Counted from the stretch's first letter, positions 40,045 through 49,441 are shown. The stretch is DNA of 64,000 bases from an uncultured Erysipelotrichaceae bacterium (GCA_902772915.1 CACYCE010000020.1:16848-80847); one strand, 5' to 3'. Program-made: numbers and translations. Notes: generated from the sequence alone by a model not told the origin.

Positions 40045-41247
40045 TTATTTTTTAGATATACACTTAGATTTATTATTTATTTTATATATAGCTTGAATAT
40101 CATAGATACTTTCATCTAATTCAAGAAGATAAGAATCTATCGAAGAAAACTTATCTTTTTTAAAGAAGAAATCTAGAACTTTAATACCTACAAAAGAGAA
40201 AAGCGCAAAAGAAATGAGAAAATACTGATAATTGAATTCACCACTTGTATTTGAGAACATTAGAAATGAAAACAGGAGGGCAAACACGCAGATAAATCCC
40301 CTTTCGAGTAAATAATATTCCCCTATTTTCACGCTTTTCTCTTCTGTGAGGATGAAGTTTTCTCTCTTGTATTCACCCTCTAAAAATAGCCGCTGATCAA
40401 GGATGTTAATTTCTGAATTCAATTTTGAATTAGTGCGAGAAAAGAACAAATATATAAGCAAAGAGGTGACTAGTGTTAAAGATAGCAAAACTAAGAAGAC
40501 AACCGAGACATTTATAGCTAAAAATAGAACGAGAATTGCAGAAGTTATAAAATCTATTTTTAATGATAAAGATTTAGTGACTTTATTTTGGAAATTCACT
40601 CCTTTAAGATAGTTTTCTCTATTTGGATTTAACTCCAAATACGGTGAAACTATTTCTCTACCCAATCTAGAATGAATACTAAGTAGATTAGAGCGATCAA
40701 ACCACTCAAATATCACAACTAAGAAAGCAAATATCGGAAGTAAATACTTCTGATTGAAATAGAAAAAACTCAAGTAAATTAGGATTAACATCGCTAATTT
40801 CAAGAATGCTAAACCAAGGCTATATAAAAGCTCGTTATTTCTATATAATTTTATTTGTTTTAAATCTTTCTTCTCGACTTTCTCCACTAATAAAACATAT
40901 TTGTTCGCCTTACTTTCTATCCATCTTTTACTGACTAATTTATGCCCTACTTCCGGGTCGTAAATAAATATGAAATTTAAGAGAACTTTTCTCACTATCA
41001 CAAAGTGATTCTTCTCTCCTTTTTTGATTGAGAGAATGAAATTTTTTAATTTCTTTAAATCTTTAAAAGATGAATATTCATAGCCTGCAGAAGTTATGCC
41101 ATAATGATTCAATTCTTCTTTCATATCTAGAAAGGAAGAACATTCGTTAACTTTCAAATAGCCGTAGCAATTCTTTTTGTAAATTATTTGAATTAAGCTT
41201 CTGATACAACATTCTCCGCAGTTGTGATATTTGTATTGTTTTACCAT
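40045..41247 (-). CDS. C39 (bacteriocin-processing) peptidase domain fused to a 6-TM ABC-exporter-like membrane domain, with no ATP-binding cassette
   Basis: N-terminus QYKYHNCGECCIRSLIQIIY...HFVIVRKV...IYDPEVGHKLVSKRWIE aligns to the C39 Cys/His/Asp blocks (QxxxxDCGxAAL...HYYVI...ADPD). About six hydrophobic helices follow; the protein stops after 400 aa with no Walker motifs. It has its own AGGAGG SD and a TATAAT -10. Confidence 0.6.
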   Translation of the reverse strand: MVKQYKYHNCGECCIRSLIQIIYKKNCYGYLKVNECSSFLDMKEELNHYGITSAGYEYSSFKDLKKLKNFILSIKKGEKNHFVIVRKVLLNFIFIYDPEVGHKLVSKRWIESKANKYVLLVEKVEKKDLKQIKLYRNNELLYSLGLAFLKLAMLILIYLSFFYFNQKYLLPIFAFLVVIFEWFDRSNLLSIHSRLGREIVSPYLELNPNRENYLKGVNFQNKVTKSLSLKIDFITSAILVLFLAINVSVVFLVLLSLTLVTSLLIYLFFSRTNSKLNSEINILDQRLFLEGEYKRENFILTEEKSVKIGEYYLLERGFICVFALLFSFLMFSNTSGEFNYQYFLISFALFSFVGIKVLDFFFKKDKFSSIDSYLLELDESIYDIQAIYKINNKSKCISKK

Positions 41248-41317
41248 ATTACCTCCTATAACTTATTCGTTATAAAGGTTAGAAATTTTGCATTATATTC
41301 CTATTTATTTTGGAATA

Positions 41318-41346
41318 ATTTAAAAACAGGGTTGATTCCCTGTTTT
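41318..41346 (-). terminator. rho-independent terminator after the dnaI-like gene
   Basis: Minus strand aacaggg-aatcaa-ccctgtt (7 bp), followed by UUUUU. Confidence 0.7.
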
Positions 41347-41367
41347 AAATAGTTATTTAAATGTTTA

Positions 41368-42297
41368 TTATCTCTCTAAATCAGAAATTGTATATTCATT
41401 AAACATCTCGTTTAGCAATTTAATTAACAGCGAAGAAGAACTTCTAGAGTGGAAATAATAGCTTAATAGCTCATCTTTTTCACTTAAAGAAGAAATAATT
41501 ACTAATTTTCCTTCCTGATTGTAAGAAGAAATTAAATCAACTAATGTTCTATTTACTAATTCAAAAGAAGGATATTCTTGACCTAAATCTAACAAGACTA
41601 GAACATCTCCTTTAGAGGCTTTATCTAAATTAGTTAAAGCTTCTTTCTTCTCTTCATCAATTTTGGAAGTTGAAGAAGACAAAGTCCTCGAAGAAACTAT
41701 ACTTACTTTGTAATTTTGCCTCGCTAAGAAGAAAGATAGAGTTAATGCCAGAAAATACGCGTTTTTATTAGTAGAAGAAAGGTAGAAAGATGGGTTAGAT
41801 TTATCTTTAGAGACATTTTTCAAATCTAAGAAAATTTTCTTAGAAATATAATTAAATGAAGATTTAACTTTAGATGAACTATCTTCTCTCAAAGAGGAAG
41901 ATATCTTAGCGTAAGTTAAATAAACATCCATCAATTCCACATCGGAATAAATGAAATTTTCCAATATTTTAGAGACTTTTTTATAATATTCACATCTGTG
42001 GAAAGAAGAATCTAAAAAAGGAGAATAGTCCTTCTTATAGAGCTTTTTTTGAAGTCCTTTTAAACCTGGAGCTTTCTTGCAGTGAGATAAGCCTTTGCAC
42101 TTATGACAAAGTTTCAAATCTTCAAAAAAGGAACTGATAGTAGGATAAGAAGCTAATCTAGTTTTTTCATCAGCGTCAATTTTAGAATAAATAGAAAAGA
42201 TTTCCTCGTAGTTTTTCATTTCTTCTTCGAGGTATTTAAGTTGTCTTAACTCTTCATCTTTAGGAAGAATATATTTAGATAATTCACCTACTTCCAT
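41368..42297 (-). CDS. DnaI-like helicase-loader homolog with degenerate Walker A/B
   Basis: N-terminal Zn module (LCHKCKGLSHCKK...FHRCEYY); AAA+-like core aligns to B. subtilis DnaI, but GSFGVGKT is replaced by SSTNKNAY and DDIG by LDLG. The start is moved to ATG 42297 (MEVGEL) with a GAGGA SD; the track's start is a GTG. Confidence 0.65.
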   Translation of the reverse strand: MEVGELSKYILPKDEELRQLKYLEEEMKNYEEIFSIYSKIDADEKTRLASYPTISSFFEDLKLCHKCKGLSHCKKAPGLKGLQKKLYKKDYSPFLDSSFHRCEYYKKVSKILENFIYSDVELMDVYLTYAKISSSLREDSSSKVKSSFNYISKKIFLDLKNVSKDKSNPSFYLSSTNKNAYFLALTLSFFLARQNYKVSIVSSRTLSSSTSKIDEEKKEALTNLDKASKGDVLVLLDLGQEYPSFELVNRTLVDLISSYNQEGKLVIISSLSEKDELLSYYFHSRSSSSLLIKLLNEMFNEYTISDLER

Positions 42298-42298
42298 C

Positions 42299-43534
42299 CT
42301 AGATTTCCTCACCTAAAACAGAATCTAAATCTATATCAATCTTTTCTTCTTTCTCCTCTTTTTTAGGCTTAGATGAAGAAGAATATTTCTTTTTAGCTTT
42401 CAGCACTTTCTCTTCTCTGTTATACAAGAAAGATAGACCATCTAAAACTGTATTAATTTCTTTAGATGCTAAAGATATAGCGACCTTTCTAGCAAATTCA
42501 AAATTGATATAACCATCGCATTTATCAACAGTGTATGACATTACTAAATTAATAAAAGGATTAGGTATTTTATATGTAGAAGATAATTCATTGATAAATG
42601 AAAGATAAGAAGGAGTGGGTTGACTTCTTAATAAATCCGCTAAAAACTCAGATGGAGAAAGTGTTTCCATCTTTCTTACTAAATTATTTATGTCTTTAGA
42701 AGAAATCTCTTCACTCTTCTTAGTTTCAATTCTAGAAAAGCCGTATCTATTGTGGTTTTTAGCGTGTTTTATAAAAGTATCTAGAGAGAAGAAACCTTCG
42801 GTGGTCAAGCAATGCTCAGAGATGATTTTTGAAGCTATAGATTCATCTATATCATACAAAGAACAAACCCTTTCAATTTCTTGATAATTCTCATCAAATT
42901 GAATGAAAATTACATTTAATTCTTTCAACTTCTCTCTTAAGACTTCTCTGTCGAATTTCTTCTTAGATTTAGTTTCTTCATTTTGAAGATAAGAAGCTAA
43001 TTCTTCTCCGCTTAAATAAGAAGCTTTAGACGTATCTAAATTGTCAATGTAGACATCTGAATATTCAGCGGAGATATTGATGTAGGAAGGATCAATTTTA
43101 TCTTCGACTTTAAAATGTTTTTTATAGATTACAAAACTTCTCTCTCCGACCTTATTTTTAACTAATTCACGCATAGATTCATTAGAGCTTCTAATAAAGA
43201 AATCAAAAGGTTTTAAAGGAGGTTTTACTAACAATAAATAAACTCCTCTATCATCTTCTTGCTTTCTATAAGTAGAAACTAAATTCAAAGCTTCTAATTT
43301 AGTAAAAATGGAAGTTAAATTAACAGTTTTAATGCCTAATTTTGAAGCAAAATCTTCCACTTCTAAAGTGGAAAGAGATGTTTCTTTACCTAAAGAAAGA
43401 AGAAGATGGTAAGTTGAAAAAGCCTCTACTCCTAGTAAAGGTAAATAGACTAATCCCAACATCTCTTCATCGGAACTAGATAGATAATAAGGGGCTTTGA
43501 TATTGATCAAGCTGTTTTCTTCAAAATTAAACAT
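42299..43534 (-). CDS. DnaD-family replication initiation protein (B. subtilis DnaB-like)
   Basis: N-terminal winged-helix-like region (LGLVYLPLLGVEAF...LNLVSTYRK). C-terminal DDBH2-like block LSPSEFLADLL...INLVMSYTVDK.DGYINFEFARKVAISLASKEINTV (the YxxxIxxxW motif is degenerated). Immediately upstream of the dnaI-like gene. The track's start is TTG 43540; ATG at 43534. Confidence 0.6.
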   Translation of the reverse strand: MFNFEENSLINIKAPYYLSSSDEEMLGLVYLPLLGVEAFSTYHLLLSLGKETSLSTLEVEDFASKLGIKTVNLTSIFTKLEALNLVSTYRKQEDDRGVYLLLVKPPLKPFDFFIRSSNESMRELVKNKVGERSFVIYKKHFKVEDKIDPSYINISAEYSDVYIDNLDTSKASYLSGEELASYLQNEETKSKKKFDREVLREKLKELNVIFIQFDENYQEIERVCSLYDIDESIASKIISEHCLTTEGFFSLDTFIKHAKNHNRYGFSRIETKKSEEISSKDINNLVRKMETLSPSEFLADLLRSQPTPSYLSFINELSSTYKIPNPFINLVMSYTVDKCDGYINFEFARKVAISLASKEINTVLDGLSFLYNREEKVLKAKKKYSSSSKPKKEEKEEKIDIDLDSVLGEEI

Positions 43535-43736
43535 TGTCAACTAGTATTATAAAACAGATATGAGTAATTTTAATTCATTATTTAGAAATATTTTTTACTA
43601 GAGCGGATTTAAAGTCATATTAATAATATTTTGTTTATTAATTATAACTATTTGTATTACGCATATAAAAAAATATGCTATTCTATAAAATGTAAAAAAA
43701 AGTATCATTATATGATACGTATTTTGGAGGAACTCT

Positions 43737-44699
43737 ATGTTGAAAAAAATAGCAGTCTTAACTTCTGGTGGCGATGCTCCTGGCATGAACTCTTGTGTGA
43801 GAGCGGTTGTTAGAGCGGGCCTTTCCAAAGGTTTTGAAGTATATGGTATTTATAATGGCTACAAAGGCATTATGGAAGGTGATATAAAACTTTTAAATCG
43901 CCACTCTGTCTCTGAAATATTAAATAAAGGCGGAACTGTTTTAGGAACCGCTAGATTCCCCGAATTCAAAGACGAGAACGTCAGGAAAATTGCTGCGGAA
44001 ATCTTAACTGAAAAATTTGGTATCGACGCTGTTGTCGGAATAGGCGGAGATGGTACTTACAAAGGTTTAGAAGGTCTATCAAAATTAGGCATTAAAACTA
44101 TAGGTATACCTGCAACTATCGATAATGATATCGCCTCTACTGAATACACTATCGGGTTTGATACAGCTTTAAATACAATCATTGAGTGCGTCGATAAATT
44201 GAGAGATACTTCCTCTTCTCACCAAAGATGTTCAATTATTGAAGTTATGGGTAATCGCTGCGGTGATTTAGCTGCTTGTGCTGGTATTGCTACAGGAGCA
44301 GAATTAACTATCACTTCCGATAAATTGATGACTAAAAAAGAAGTTGTAGACTTCTTACAATCGCAAAGAAAGCAGGGCAAGAAACACGCTATTGTCATCA
44401 TTTCTGAAAAGATTACTGATGTTCATGAATTTGCCCATGAAATCCAAGAAAAATGCGGATTTGATACCAGAGCAGAAGTCATCGGACACATGCAAAGAGG
44501 CGGCTCCCCTACTGCTAGAGATAGAATCACGGCAGCGAGAATGGGCGTATACGCTGTAGAGTTGCTAACTAAAGGAATCACTTCCGTTTGCATAGGTTTA
44601 ATTGATAATAAATTAACTTACAACGAAATCGACACCGCATTAAAGATGCCTAGGAAAGATTCTTCTAACTACGTCGACATTGCAACACTAATTGGTTAA
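43737..44699 (+). CDS. pfkA: ATP-dependent 6-phosphofructokinase
   Basis: IAVLTSGGDAPGMNSCVRAVVRAG...GGDGT...MGR motifs. GGAGG SD. Confidence 0.9.
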   Translation: MLKKIAVLTSGGDAPGMNSCVRAVVRAGLSKGFEVYGIYNGYKGIMEGDIKLLNRHSVSEILNKGGTVLGTARFPEFKDENVRKIAAEILTEKFGIDAVVGIGGDGTYKGLEGLSKLGIKTIGIPATIDNDIASTEYTIGFDTALNTIIECVDKLRDTSSSHQRCSIIEVMGNRCGDLAACAGIATGAELTITSDKLMTKKEVVDFLQSQRKQGKKHAIVIISEKITDVHEFAHEIQEKCGFDTRAEVIGHMQRGGSPTARDRITAARMGVYAVELLTKGITSVCIGLIDNKLTYNEIDTALKMPRKDSSNYVDIATLIG

Positions 44700-44749
44700 T
44701 TTTAGCTATAATATATAGAGGATAAGATAAGGAGTTAACTAATATCCGT

Positions 44750-46213
44750 ATGTTTATAAACATTAATAAGAAAACAAAAATCGTATGTACTATCGGTCCC
44801 GCTTCCCAAAGTAAAGATGTTTTAATCAAGATGATTGATGTGGGTATGAACATCGCTAGATTGAATTTTTCTCACGGTTCTTACGAAGAACACTACGCAA
44901 AAATTGTAACTATCCGCGAAATCGAGAAAGAAAGAGGAATTATCATTCCTATCATGCTCGATACCAAGGGACCTGAAATTAGAACTGGTCAATTCAAAAA
45001 CGGCAAAGTTGACGTCAAAACTGGTCAAATTATGCGTGTTTATATGGATGAAATCGAAGGTGATGAAACTAAATTTTCCGTCACTTACAAAGGTCTATAT
45101 GACGATTGTAGCGTCGGGGCTAAGATTAGATTAGACGATGGTAATTTAGGCTTTGAAGTCATCGAGAAAGATCCTAAAGAAAGATGCTTAGTTATCAAGG
45201 CTTTAAATCATCACGTTATCAAATCAGAAAGAGGTGTTAACTGCCCTGATACCCATTTAAATATGGATTACATTTCTAAAAAGGATTTTGACGACTTAGT
45301 TTGGGGCTGTAAAGTTCACGTCGATTATGTCGCTGCTTCTTTTGTCAGATCAGTTAAAGATATTGAAGATATCCGTAAAGTCTTAGATGAACACGGTGGA
45401 AAAGATATTAAAATTATTTCCAAAGTTGAAAATACCGAAGCTGTCGCTTGTTTAGATGATATCATCGAACATTCCGATGGTTTGATGGTCGCTAGAGGTG
45501 ACTTAGGCGTTGAAATTCCTGCTGAAGACGTCCCTGTTATTCAACAAAAGATGATTACTAAGTGCCGTAAGTTAGGTAAACCTGTTATTACCGCCACTCA
45601 AATGTTAGATTCTATGCAACACAATCCCAATCCTACTAGAGCTGAGGTTTCCGATGTTGCTAACGCTATATCTCAATCTTCTGATGCGGTTATGTTATCT
45701 GGAGAATCTGCCCAAGGTGAATACCCTGTTGAATCTGTCTCTATGCAAGCGAAAATCGCTTATAGAATGGAGCAATTCTTAAATTATACTTCCCTAACAA
45801 GAGAAGCTTACGATAATTCTAATAAAACTATGAACGACGCTATGGCTAATGCTGTTGCGGAGACTGCAATTCTCTTAGATGCTAAATTGATTGTCTGTTT
45901 CTCTGAAACTGGTGGAACCGCTAGAAGATTATCTAAGTGTCGTCCTATCTGCCCTGTCATCGACGTTTCTAATAAGAGAAGCGCCTGCGTCAATTCTATG
46001 ATGGGCTTTGGTTGTTATCCTAAATTAGTTAAACACGTCCCTCAATTCATCGAAGATATGGAAGTCATCTCCTTGCATTTAGCAAAGAAATTAGGCATTC
46101 CTGAGGGAAGCAAAATCGTTATTACCGGCGGCACTCCTGTCGGCGCTGGTAAGACTAATTTTATGAAGATTATCTCCGCAGGTAGAAAAGGAAAGGAAAT
46201 TGACTTAGATTAG
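44750..46213 (+). CDS. pyk: pyruvate kinase
   Basis: KIVCTIGPAS...NFSHG...ISKVEN...MVARGDLG are the canonical PK motifs. 487 aa. pfkA-pyk operon as in Bacillus. Confidence 0.9.
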   Translation: MFININKKTKIVCTIGPASQSKDVLIKMIDVGMNIARLNFSHGSYEEHYAKIVTIREIEKERGIIIPIMLDTKGPEIRTGQFKNGKVDVKTGQIMRVYMDEIEGDETKFSVTYKGLYDDCSVGAKIRLDDGNLGFEVIEKDPKERCLVIKALNHHVIKSERGVNCPDTHLNMDYISKKDFDDLVWGCKVHVDYVAASFVRSVKDIEDIRKVLDEHGGKDIKIISKVENTEAVACLDDIIEHSDGLMVARGDLGVEIPAEDVPVIQQKMITKCRKLGKPVITATQMLDSMQHNPNPTRAEVSDVANAISQSSDAVMLSGESAQGEYPVESVSMQAKIAYRMEQFLNYTSLTREAYDNSNKTMNDAMANAVAETAILLDAKLIVCFSETGGTARRLSKCRPICPVIDVSNKRSACVNSMMGFGCYPKLVKHVPQFIEDMEVISLHLAKKLGIPEGSKIVITGGTPVGAGKTNFMKIISAGRKGKEIDLD

Positions 46214-46214
46214 T

Positions 46215-47090
46215 ATGAAAACCTACATTGCTATCGATTTAGGCGGCACCAATTTAAGAGTTGGTCTCGTCAATGAAAATTTAGAAGTAGTCACTATGCT
46301 TAGAGAGCTCTCCATCCACAATGATGAAGATGCGTTAGGTGAACAAATCGTCAGAATGATCGGAGAAATCTTAAAACTCCACAGAGGTAATGAAAAAATT
46401 AAATATGTCGGTATCTCAGCGGCGGGTTTCTTTGAAAATAACATTTTAAAATTCTCACCCAATTTACAAATTAGAGATTTCGATATCATCAAGGTTATCA
46501 AAGATGCTTACCCTGAATTCACTGTCGAAGCTGAAAACGATGCTTCCGCTTCCGCTTTAGTCGAAGCTAAATTTGGCGCAGCTAAAGGTTGTAAAGATGT
46601 TTTCTTCATCACCATATCTTCTGGTATCGGATATGGATTAGTTGCCAATGGCAAATTAGTTAACTTGCCTTTTGAAGGAGGACATAATTACGTCGGCTAT
46701 CAAGGTAGATTCTATGAATTTGAACAAATATGTTCCGGTAACGGTTTAGTCTTGCTAGCTAAATTAAACGGCTTAGAAGTCGCTTCTTCTAGAGAATTCT
46801 TCGCCATAGTTGCTTCCGGAGACAGATTAGCTCATAAAATCTACGATGATTGGCTCAATTTAGTCGGTGCCCAAATTGCTAATGCACAATTGTTATTCAA
46901 TCCTGAAGCAGTCGTTTTATCAGGTGGAGTTATGAATTCTTCTTCCCTATTCTTTGAAGATTTAAAGAGTGTCGCTAACGCTTTCACTGCTCCTTTCCCT
47001 GTCAGAAAAATTAATTTAGTTCAATCTATCTTCAAAGATGATACTGGTTTATTAGGTGGTGCGGCTCTAGCTGCTTCTTTAGATAAATAA
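46215..47090 (+). CDS. ROK-family sugar kinase (putative glucokinase) lacking the Cys-rich zinc motif
   Basis: IAIDLGGTNLRVGLV ATP-binding N-terminus; EGGHNYVGYQGRF...CSGNG region without the CxCGxxGC motif. 291 aa. Confidence 0.75.
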   Translation: MKTYIAIDLGGTNLRVGLVNENLEVVTMLRELSIHNDEDALGEQIVRMIGEILKLHRGNEKIKYVGISAAGFFENNILKFSPNLQIRDFDIIKVIKDAYPEFTVEAENDASASALVEAKFGAAKGCKDVFFITISSGIGYGLVANGKLVNLPFEGGHNYVGYQGRFYEFEQICSGNGLVLLAKLNGLEVASSREFFAIVASGDRLAHKIYDDWLNLVGAQIANAQLLFNPEAVVLSGGVMNSSSLFFEDLKSVANAFTAPFPVRKINLVQSIFKDDTGLLGGAALAASLDK

Positions 47091-47100
47091 AACTTGATTA

Positions 47101-47126
47101 AGGGGTCAGGATCTGGCCCCTTTTTT
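47101..47126 (+). terminator. rho-independent terminator after the ROK kinase gene
   Basis: ggggtcag-gat-ctggcccc (8 bp including one G-U), followed by TTTTTT. Confidence 0.8.
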
Positions 47127-47168
47127 GATAGAAGAATATCCTTATATTATTATTAAAAATGATATAAA

Positions 47169-47197
47169 TTCATTTTTCTTGACTATTTATGTCTCAA
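47169..47197 (+). promoter_or_regulatory. candidate sigma-A promoter of the thrS leader
   Basis: TTGACT, 17 nt, then TAGAAT (-35 at 47169-47174, -10 at 47192-47197). Confidence 0.45.
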
Positions 47198-47204
47198 TAA
47201 CTAG

Positions 47205-47436
47205 AATTAATGTATAGGCAATGACTAAGACATGTCTATAAATACTACTTATTAGAGATTCTCTATGTAGCTGAAATTAGAGATTAAGTTAGATTTATAG
47301 GTACCACTTACGAGCCTCCTAGGTAACTAGGCGTAAATTAGTACGTCAACTAATTAATGAGTTCTAATTATCACGATTAGAAGAAACAGGTGGCACCGCG
47401 TTGATGTAACGCCCTGAGGTGCTATTTTTTATTTTT
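47205..47436 (+). promoter_or_regulatory. T-box riboswitch leader of thrS
   Basis: Conserved T-box sequence AGGTGGCACCGCG at 47388-47400, immediately followed by a terminator hairpin (ggcacc...ggtgct, 47392-47423) and a U-tract that sequesters it. Upstream AGAGA-containing stem I region. Candidate ACC-A specifier at 47293-47296. Confidence 0.65.
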
Positions 47437-47459
47437 AGAAAAGAAAGTGAGGTAAAAAA

Positions 47460-49367
47460 ATGTTATTAACCTTAAAAGATGGCTCAAAAAAAGAGTTCCA
47501 AAACGGCTTAAATGGCCTAGAAATCGCCTCTAGTTTAGCACCTTCACTAGCCAAAAAGTGTCTAGGTATCAGATTTAATGGCGAAGTTATCGATTATAGA
47601 GAACCTATAAATGAAGATGGAGTTTTTGAAATCTTAACTAAAGAAGATCCTGAAATTCTTCACACTTTAAATCACACTTGCGCTCATATCATGGCTCAAG
47701 CTGTTTTAAGATTGTATCCTGGAGCCCAATTAGCTTTCGGCCCTTCAATTGAAGAAGGTTTCTACTACGATATCAAATTCCCGGAAGGAGTAGTTCTCTC
47801 TGATAAAGACTTCCCTAAAATTGAAAAGGAAATGCATAAGATTGTCGACGCTAACTACCCTTTAGTAAGAGAAGATATCTCTAAAGAAGAAGGTAAGGAG
47901 TTATTTAAAGACCAAAAATTTAAATCTATTCATATCGATGAATTAGAAGGTGAAGCTTTAACTATCTATAGGCAAGGTGAATTCGCTGATTTATGCAAAG
48001 GCCCTCACGTTCCTTCCACTTCCTATTGCAAAGGTTTTAAATTAACTGCCCTTTCTGGAGCGTATTTCCACGGTGATAAAAATAATGACCAATTAACTAG
48101 AATCTATGGTGTCTGCTTCTTTTCTAACCAAGAATTAGAAGATTATTTGAAGATTTTAGAAGAAAGAAAGCAATCTGACCACAAGAGATTAGGCCGTGAA
48201 CTAGGTTTATTTATGCTTTCTGATTACGGACCTGGTATGCCTTTTTGGTTACCTAATGGAATCTTATTAAGAGAACAATTAGAAAACTGGTGGATCAAAT
48301 TGCATAAGCAAAATGGTTATTTAAGAATCGATACTCCTATCATGTTAAATAAGGAATTATGGGAGACTTCCGGACACTGGGGACATTACAAAGAAAACAT
48401 GTATATCACCAAGATTGAGGAAGAAGAATTCGCCATCAAACCTATGAATTGCCCTGGAGCGATTACTGTTTATAATAACGATCAACACTCCTATAAAGAA
48501 TTACCACTTAGGTACGCTGAATTAGGTCACGTCCATAGATATGAAGCTAGCGGAGCTTTAAATGGTTTATTCAGAGTTAGATCTTTCACTCAAGATGATG
48601 CTCACACTTTACTTAGAGAAAGCCAAATTGGTGAAGAAGTCTCTAAATTATTAGCTTTATATGATAAAGTCTACTCTACTTTTGGTTTACCTTATCACAT
48701 CGAATTATCAACTATGCCTGAAGATCATGTCGGTGAAGTTGAAACTTGGCAACACGCAGAAAGCGAATTAATCAAGGCTTTGGACGAAAATGGTATTCCT
48801 TATAAGATCAATCCTGGCGATGGTGCCTTCTATGGACCCAAATTAGATTTCAAACTCAGAGATAGTTTAGGAAGAATCTGGCAATGCGGTACTATTCAAT
48901 TAGATTATCAACTTCCTGGAAGATTTAATTGCGTCTATACTGATGAGAATAACGAAAAGAAGACTCCTATTATGATTCATAGAGCAATCTTTGGTTCTAT
49001 TGAAAGATTCACTGGTATCTTAATTGAACATTTTAAAGGAGCCTTCCCTACCTGGTTAGCACCTCATCAAGTCGTTGTCATTCCTGTTAATGATGAATGT
49101 AAAGAATACGCTAAGAAGTATCAAGAAGAATTAGAAGAAAGAGATATTCGAGTAATCTACGATGATTCTGATGAAAAATTAGGTAAGAAATTCAGAAATT
49201 GGACCGTTAAGAAGATTCCTTACATCTTAGTTATCGGCTCAAAAGAAGTCGAAACTAATTCTGTAACCTACAGATTGTATGGTAAGCAAGAGCAAATTAA
49301 CGTCTCTAAAGATGATTTCATTTCTCTAATTAGCGAAGATATCGCTAAGAAAAAATTAGTTCGTTAA
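47460..49367 (+). CDS. thrS: threonyl-tRNA synthetase
   Basis: 635 aa with TGS and editing N-terminal domains, a class II core (HRAIFGSIERF) and a C-terminal anticodon domain. GTGAGG SD. Confidence 0.95.
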   Translation: MLLTLKDGSKKEFQNGLNGLEIASSLAPSLAKKCLGIRFNGEVIDYREPINEDGVFEILTKEDPEILHTLNHTCAHIMAQAVLRLYPGAQLAFGPSIEEGFYYDIKFPEGVVLSDKDFPKIEKEMHKIVDANYPLVREDISKEEGKELFKDQKFKSIHIDELEGEALTIYRQGEFADLCKGPHVPSTSYCKGFKLTALSGAYFHGDKNNDQLTRIYGVCFFSNQELEDYLKILEERKQSDHKRLGRELGLFMLSDYGPGMPFWLPNGILLREQLENWWIKLHKQNGYLRIDTPIMLNKELWETSGHWGHYKENMYITKIEEEEFAIKPMNCPGAITVYNNDQHSYKELPLRYAELGHVHRYEASGALNGLFRVRSFTQDDAHTLLRESQIGEEVSKLLALYDKVYSTFGLPYHIELSTMPEDHVGEVETWQHAESELIKALDENGIPYKINPGDGAFYGPKLDFKLRDSLGRIWQCGTIQLDYQLPGRFNCVYTDENNEKKTPIMIHRAIFGSIERFTGILIEHFKGAFPTWLAPHQVVVIPVNDECKEYAKKYQEELEERDIRVIYDDSDEKLGKKFRNWTVKKIPYILVIGSKEVETNSVTYRLYGKQEQINVSKDDFISLISEDIAKKKLVR

Positions 49368-49374
49368 AAAATTG

Positions 49375-49405
49375 AGGACTTAGAATTAAATCTAAGTCCT
49401 TTTTT
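49375..49405 (+). terminator. rho-independent terminator of thrS
   Basis: aggacttag-(8 nt)-ctaagtcct, a perfect 9-bp stem, followed by TTTTT. Confidence 0.85.
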
Positions 49406-49441
49406 CATTAAAAAAGGAGAGAAATGTTCTCCCCTAATACA

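Noticed and set aside
43598-43828. ORFs 43598-43828(-) and 43631-43813(+) in the pfkA upstream region
   Set aside because: They lie in the AT-rich promoter region and the 5' end of pfkA, their translations are low-complexity, and they overlap a conserved gene start.
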